DNA from: the human T2T-CHM13v2.0 reference genome, Homo sapiens
Direction: 5' to 3' (one strand)
Length of the DNA: 64,000 bases
Assembly (NCBI RefSeq): GCF_009914755.1
Contig: NC_060948.1
The notes under the pieces: model-generated
What the model was told of the DNA's origin: nothing
Database searches by the model: none
What the model saw: only the letters and a program-made list of their open reading frames with translations
Program-made: the position numbers and the translations under genes
Part shown: piece after piece, positions 56,886 through 64,000 of the stretch
Position numbering within the stretch: position 1 is the stretch's first letter
Layout: each line of letters starts with the position of its first letter

Positions 56886-59800
56886 TGGAAGGCAAAGGAA
56901 TGGAATCTATTGGAATGGACTGTAATGGAATGGAATGGAAGGGATTGGAATGGACTCGAATGGAATGGACTGCAATAGAAAGGATTCGAATGGAATGAAA
57001 AAGAATTGAATGGAATAGAACAGAATGGAATCAAATCGAATGAAATGGAATGGAATAGAAAGGAATGGAATGAAATGGAATGGAAAGGATTCGAATGGAA
57101 TGCAATCGAATGGAATGGATTCGAACGGAATGGAATAAAATGGAAGAAAACTGGCAAGAAATGGAATCGAAATGAATGGAGTGTTATGGAACGGACTCAA
57201 AAGGAATTGAATGTAATAGAATGGAGTGGAGTGGACTCGAATATAATGGACTGGAATGGAATGAAATCACATGGAATGGGAACGAATGGAATGGAATGGA
57301 AAGGAATGGAATCGAATGGAAAGGAATCGAATGGAAGGGAATGAAATTGAATCAACAGGAATGGAAGGGAATAGAATAGACGGTAATGGAATGGACTCGA
57401 ATAGAATGGACACGAATGCTGAAATTGAATGGACTCGAATGGAATGGAAACGAAAGGAATGTCATCGAATGGAATTGAATCGATTGGAATGAAATCGCAT
57501 AGAATGGAGTGGAATCAAATGGAATTGAAACGAAAGGAAAGGAAGCGAATGGACTGAAATGAAATGGAATGGAATTGAATGGAAAGTAATGCAATGGAAT
57601 AGAATGGAACGAAATTTCACGGAATGGAATCAAACTGAATGGAATCAAATCAATGGAATCCAATCAAATGGAATGGAGTAGATTGGATTGGATGGGATTG
57701 GAATGAAATGTACTGGAAAGGACTCGAATTTCATGAAACGGAATGGAATGAATTGGAACGGAATGGACTCGAATGGAATGGAATGTCATGGAATGGCATC
57801 AAATGGAATGGCATCAAATGGAATGGAATCGAATGCAATGGAATGGTATGGAATGGAATGGAATGCATTGGAATGGAATGTCCTCTAATGGAATGGATTC
57901 GAGTGGAATGGAATCGAATATAATGGAGTCGAATGAAATGGAATTGAAAGGAATGGGATCGAATACAATGGAATATACTGGAATGTAATGTAATGAACTC
58001 GAATATAATTGACTGGAATGGAATGTACATGAATGGAATGTAATCGAATGGAAAGTAATCCAATGGAATAGAATCTAATGCAATAAAATCGACTCAGATA
58101 GAGTAGAATGTAATGGAATGGAGTGCAGTGCAATGGAATGGAATGGAATGGAATGCAATGGAATGGAATGGAATGGAATGGAATGGAATGGAATGGGATG
58201 GAATGGGATGGAATGGTATGGAATGGATGGTAATGGACTGGAGTGAAATGGACTGGAAAGGAATGGACTCAAATTGAAAGGGCTGGAAAGGAATGGAGTC
58301 AAATGGAATGGTCTGGAATGGAATGAACACGAAAGTAATGCAATCCAATAGAATGGAATCGAATGGCATGGAATATAATGAAAAGGAATCGAAGAGAATG
58401 GAAACAAATGGAATGGAATTGAATGGAATGGAATTGAATGGAATGGGAACGAATGGAGTGAAATTGTATGCAGTAGAAGGGAATAGAATGGAATGCAAGC
58501 GAAAGGAAAGGAATGGATTGGAATGGAATGGAATTCATTGGAATGGAAGGGAATGTAGTGTAATGGACAGGCCTGGAATAAAGTGGAATGCTACGGTCTC
58601 GAATGGAATAAAAATGTATGGAATGGAATGCAATGAAACGGAATCGAATGTCATAGAATGTAATGGAATGCAAAAAAATGGAATCCAAAATCATTGACTG
58701 GAAAGGCTGGGTGTCGAAAGGAATTGACTCCAATGGAATGGAATCGAATGGAATGGAAGTGAATAGAATCGAACTAAATCGAATGGAATGGAATTGATAG
58801 GAACGGAATGGAAAGGAATGCAATGATTTGGCACGGAATGGAATCGAATGGCATCGAACGGAATGGAATGGAATGCAATTGAATGGAACGTATTAGAATG
58901 TAATGAACTTTAATGGAATGTACTCGAATGGATTCGACTGGAATGGAATGTTCTGGAAGTGAATGGACTCCAATGGAATGGATTCAAAAGGAATGGAATC
59001 GTACGGAATGGAATCTAATGGAATGGAATTAAATGGAAATGAATCAAATTGAATAGCATGGAATTGAATTGAATGGAATCGAATGCAATGGAATCTAATG
59101 AAACAGAAAGGAAAGGAATGGAATGGAATGGAATGGGCTGGAATGGAAAGGAATCGAAACGAATGGAATGGAATCGAACTGACGAGACTGGAATGGAATG
59201 CACTGGAATGGAAGGGAGTGTAATGGAAGGTTCTCGAAAAAAATGGAATGGAATGGAATGGAATTGAATGGAACGGAATAGAGTCGAATGGAATTGAATG
59301 GAATGGAATGGACTAGAGTGAAATGGAATCGAACCACAAGGAATGGAGAGGAATAGAATGGTCTCGAATTGAATGGAATCGTATGGAATGGCATCAAACG
59401 GAATGGAATGGACAGCCACGGAATGGAATGCACTCGAATGCAATGGAGTCGAAACTAATGGACTGGAATAGAATGGATTCGACTGGTACGGACTCCAATG
59501 GAATGGAATCGAATGGAAGGGAATCGAACGGAATGGACCCGAAGGGAAAAGACTGCAATGGAAAGGTCTCGAATGGAATGGAAATTAATGGAATGGAATG
59601 GAATCGAATGAAATGGAGTCAAAAGGAATGGAATCGAATGGCAAGAAATCGAATGTAATGGAATCGCAAGGAATTGATGTGAACGGAACGGAATGGAATG
59701 GAATCCAAAGGAATGGAATAGAATGGAATGGAATCGAATGGAAAGGACTCGAGTGGAAATCACTCGAATAGAATGCAATTTAATAAAATAGGATCAAATG

Positions 59801-60439
59801 TATTGGAATGGAATGGAAAGGAATCGAAACGAAAGGAATGGAGACAGATGGAATGGAATGGAACAGAGAGCAATGGTATAGAATGGAATGGAATCATCTG
59901 GAATGGAATTGAATGGAATGGAATAATATGAAATGGAATGGAATGGAATGGAATGGAATGCAATGGAATTAAATGGACTGGAATGGAATGGACTCGAACA
60001 GAGTGGAATGGAAAGTGTTGAGATAGAATGGAATAGACTCGTTTGGAATGGTCTAGTATGCAATGCAATCGACTGGCAGGGAATCAAAAGGAATGTAATG
60101 GAATGGATTGGACTGGAATGCAATGGACTCGAATAGATTGGAAACGGAATGCAAAGGAATGGAATGGAATAGTATGGAATGGAATGGAAAGGAATGGAGT
60201 GGAATAGACTAGAGTGGAATGGAATGGACTTGAAAGCAATAGACTGGAATGGAACTTTCTTGAATGGACTGGAATCAAACGGAATGGAATGCAATGCAAT
60301 CAAATGGCATGGAATAAAATAGAATGAAAGAGAATCAAATGGAATTGAATCGAATGGAATCGAATGGATTGGAAAGGAATAGAATGGAATGGAATGGAAT
60401 TGACTCAAATGGAATGGACTAGAATGGAATGGATTCGAA
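56886..60439 (+). repeat. DYZ1 unit 17 (3554 bp), near-exact copy of unit 1
   Basis: All unit-1 ORFs recur at +56885; GGCC 58570. Confidence 0.92.
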
Positions 60440-63400
60440 TGGAAGGCAAAGGAATGGAATCTATTGGAATGGACTGTAATGGAATGGAATGGAAGGGATT
60501 GGAATGGACTCGAATGGAATGGACTGCAATAGAAAGGATTCGAATGGAATGAAAAAGAATTGAATGGAATAGAACAGAATGGAATCAAATCGAATGAAAT
60601 GGAATGGAATAGAAAGGAATGGAATGAAATGGAATGGAAAGGATTCGAATGGAATGCAATCGAATGGAATGGAATCGAACGGAATGGAATAAAATGGAAG
60701 AAAACTGGCAAGAAATGGAATCGAAATGAATGGAGTGTTATGGAACGGACTCAAAAGGAATTGAATGTAATAGAATGGAGTGGAGTGGACTCGAATATAA
60801 TGGACTGGAATGGAATGAAATCACATGGAATGGGAACGAATGGAATGGAATGGAAAGGAATGGAATCGAATGGAAAGGAATCGAATGGAAGGGAATGAAA
60901 TTGAATCAACAGGAATGGAAGGGAATAGAATAGACGGTAATGGAATGGACTCGAATAGAATGGACACGAATGCTCAAATTGAATGGACTCGAATGGAATG
61001 GAAACGAAAGGAATGTCATCGAATGGAATTGAATCGATTGGAATGAAATCGCATAGAATGGAGTGGAATCAAATGGAATTGAATCGAAAGGAAATGAAGC
61101 GAATGGACTGAAATGAAATGGACTGGAATTGAATGGAAAGTTATGTAATAGAATAGAATGGAACGAAATTTCACGGAATGGAATCAAACTGAATGGAATC
61201 AAATCAATGGAATCAAATCAAATGGAATGGAAAGGAATTGAATGGAGTAGATTGGATTGGATGGGATTGGAATGAAATGTAGTGGAAAGGACTCGAATTT
61301 CATGAAACGGAATGCAATGAATTGGAACGGAAAGGACTCGATTGGAATGGAATGTCATGGAATGGCATCAAATGGAATGGCATCAAATGGAATGGAATCG
61401 AATGCAATGGAATGCTATGGAATGGAATGGAATGCATTGGAATGGAATGTCCTCTAATGGAATGGATTCGAGTGGAATGGAATCGAATATAATGGAGTCG
61501 AATGAAATGGAATTGAAAGGAATGGGATCGAATACAATGGAATATACTGGAATGTAATGTAATGAACTCGAATGTAATTGACTGGAATGGAATGTACATG
61601 AATGGAATGTAATCGAATGGAAAGTAATCCAATGGAATAGAATCTAATGCAATAAAATCGACTCAGATAGAGTAGAATGTAATGGAATGGAGTGCAGTGC
61701 CATGGAATGGAATGGAATGGAATGCAATGGAATGGAATGGAATGCAATGGAATGGAATGGAATGGGATGGAATGGGATGGAATGGTGTGGAATGGATAGT
61801 AATGGACTGGAGTGAAATGGACTGGAAAGGAATGGACTCAAATTGAAAGGGCTCGAAAGGAATGGAGTCAAATGGAATGGTCTGGATTGGAATGAACACG
61901 AATGTAATGCAATCCAATAGAATGGAATCGAATGGCATGGAATATAAAGAAATGGAATCGAAGAGAATGGAAACAAATGGAATGGAATTGAATGGAATGG
62001 AATTGAATGGAATGGGAACGAATGGAGTGAAATTGTATGCAGTAGAAGAGAATAGAATGGAATGCAAGCGAAAGGAAAGGAATGGATTGGAATGGAATGG
62101 AATTCATTGGAATGGAAGGGAATGTAGTGTAATGGACAGGCCTGGAATAAAGTGGAATGCTACGGTCTCGAATGGAATAAAAATGTATGGAATGGAATGC
62201 AATGAAACGGAATCGAATGTCATAGAATGTAATGGAATGCAAAAAAATGGAATCCAAAATCATTGACTGGAAAGGCTGGGTGTCGAAAGGAATTGACTCC
62301 AATGGAATGGAATCGAATGGAATGGAAGAGAATAGAATCGAACTAAATCGAATGGAATGGAATTGATAGGAACGGAATGGAAAGGAATGCAATCATTTGG
62401 CATGGAATGGAATCGAATGGCATCGAATGGAATGGAATGGAATGCAATGGAATGGAATGTATTAGAATGTAATGAACTTTAATGGAATGTACTCGAATGG
62501 AATCGACTGGAATGGAATGTTCTGGAAGTGAATGGACTCCAATGGAATGGATTCAAAAGGAATGGAATCGTACGGAATGGAATCTAATGGAATGGAATTA
62601 AATGGAAATGAATCAAACTGAATAGAACGGAATTGAATTGAATGGAATCGAATGCAATGGAATCTAATGAAACGGAAAGGAAAGGAATGGAATGGAATGG
62701 AATGGGCTGGAATGGAAAGGAATCGAAACGAATGGAATGGAATCGAACTGAAGAGACTGGAATGGAATGCACTGGATGGAAGGGAGTGTAATGGAAGGTT
62801 CTCGAAAAAAATGGAATCGAATGGAATGGAATTGAATGGAACGGAATAGAGTCGAATGGAATTGAATGGAATGGAATGGACTAGAGTGAAATGGAATCGA
62901 ACCACAAGGAATGGACAGGAATAGAACGGTCTCGAATTGAATGGAATCGTATGGAATGGCATCAAACGGAATGGAATGGACAGCCACGGAATGGAATGCA
63001 CTCGAATGCAATGGAGTCGAAACTAATGGACTGGAATAGAATGGACTCGACTGGTACGGACTCCAATGGAATGGAATCGAATGGAAGGGAATCGAACGGA
63101 ATGGACTCGAAGGGAAAAGACTGCAATGGAAAGGTCTCGAATGGAATGGAAATTAATGGAATGGAATGGAATCGAATGAAATGGAGTCAAAAGGAATGGA
63201 ATCGAATGGCAAGAAAACGAATGTAATGGAATCGCAAGGAATTGATGTGAACGGAACGGAATGGAATGGAATCCAAAGGAATGGAATAGAATGGAATGGA
63301 ATCGAATGGAAAGGACTCGAATGGAAATCACTCGAATAGAATGCAATTTAATAAAATAGGACCAAATGTAATGGAATGGAATGGAAAGGAATCGAAACGA

Positions 63401-64000
63401 AAGGAATGGAGACAGATGGAATGGAATGGAACAGAGAGCAATGGTATAGAATGGAATGGAATCATCTGGAATGGAATTGAATGGAATGGAATAACATGAA
63501 ATGGACTGGAATGGAATGGAATGCCCTTGAATTAAATGGACTGGAATGGAATGGACTCGAACAGAGTGGAATGGAAAGTGTTGAAATAGAATGGAATGGA
63601 CTGGTTTGGAATGGTCTAGTATGCAATGCAATCGACTGGCAGGGAATCAAAAGGAATGTAATCGAATGGATTGGACTGGAATGCAATGGACTCGAATAGA
63701 TTGGAAACGGAATGCAAAGGAATGGAATGGAATAGTATGGAATGGAATGGAAAGGAATGGAGTGGAATAGACTAGAGTGGAATGGAATGGACTCGAAAGC
63801 AATGGACTGGAATGGAACTTTCTTGAATGGACTGGAATCAAACGGAATGGAATGCAATGCAATCAAATGGCATGGAATAAAATAGAATGAAAGAGAATCA
63901 AATGGAATTGAATCGAATGGAATCGAATGGATTGGAAAGGAATAGAATGGAATGGAATGGAATTGACTCAAATGGAATGGACTAGAATGGAATGGATTCG
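60440..64000 (+). repeat. DYZ1 unit 18 (truncated by window end), near-exact copy of unit 2
   Basis: Unit-2 ORFs and private variants recur at +56885; GGCC 62139. Confidence 0.92.

Larger units (their letters stand above)
1..64000 (+). repeat. DYZ1: Human satellite III (HSat3) array, DYZ1 family (Yq12 heterochromatin); GGAAT strand on +
   Basis: Seen: diverged GGAAT pentamers throughout, with a ~3.55 kb higher period. Landmark motifs such as GACAGGCCTGG, GGAATTCATTGG, GGCTGGGTGTCG and GACAGCCACGG recur once per period. GGCC positions: 1685, 5254, 8812, 12375, 15923, 19466, 23010, 26554, 30098, 33696, 37275, 40819, 44388, 47927, 51471, 55021, 58570, 62139. Established: DYZ1 is a ~3.56 kb (TTCCA)n-based unit released by HaeIII/EcoRI (the '3.4 kb' male-specific band). 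The Y assignment is inferred from unit length and sites, not from a search. Confidence 0.93.

Noticed and set aside
22-63971. Hundreds of 60-313 aa ORFs on both strands (MEWNG-rich and FHSIP-rich)
   Set aside because: These are translations of the GGAAT/ATTCC pentamer, which has no stop codon when pure. They overlap in all frames, are freely broken by indels between units and resemble no protein domain.
1-64000. CRISPR-like repeat-spacer array or telomeric repeat
   Set aside because: No unique spacers or constant repeats and no cas genes; the motif is GGAAT, not TTAGGG.
1-64000. DYZ2/Alu, L1 or other insertions, or strand inversions
   Set aside because: No departure from pentamer-derived sequence was seen, unit spacing never exceeds ~3.6 kb, and the GGAAT strand stays on + throughout.
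1-64000. HSat2 assignment (abundant ATCGAAT)
   Set aside because: Lacks the regular HSat2-type CATTCGATTC/ATCATC ~23-26 bp periodicity; GGAAT dominance and the 3.56 kb unit fit HSat3/DYZ1.

Overview
The whole 64 kb window is one uninterrupted, single-orientation (GGAAT)n/(ATTCC)n satellite array with no genes, RNAs, transposons or CRISPR. It is organised as about 18 tandem copies of a ~3.55 kb unit (3538-3579 bp). I found one HaeIII/StuI site (AGGCCT) and one EcoRI site per unit. This matches human satellite III DYZ1 of the Yq12 heterochromatin (classical unit 3564 bp). All ORFs in the track are by-products of the pentamer repeat. The main structure beyond the unit is a near-perfect 16-unit (56,885 bp) super-repeat: bases 1-7115 recur at 56886-64000 with only two substitutions that I could find. 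Also present are a mosaic patchwork of variants shared between units (consistent with gene conversion or unequal exchange), unit lengths quantised in 5-bp steps with four fixed register shifts, one hypervariable pure GGAAT tract per unit, and three perfect heat-shock elements (GAAnnTTCnnGAA) per consensus unit with unit-specific gains and losses. I found no evidence for a new protein-coding system. All comparisons were made by eye plus ORF-track offsets and need alignment to confirm.
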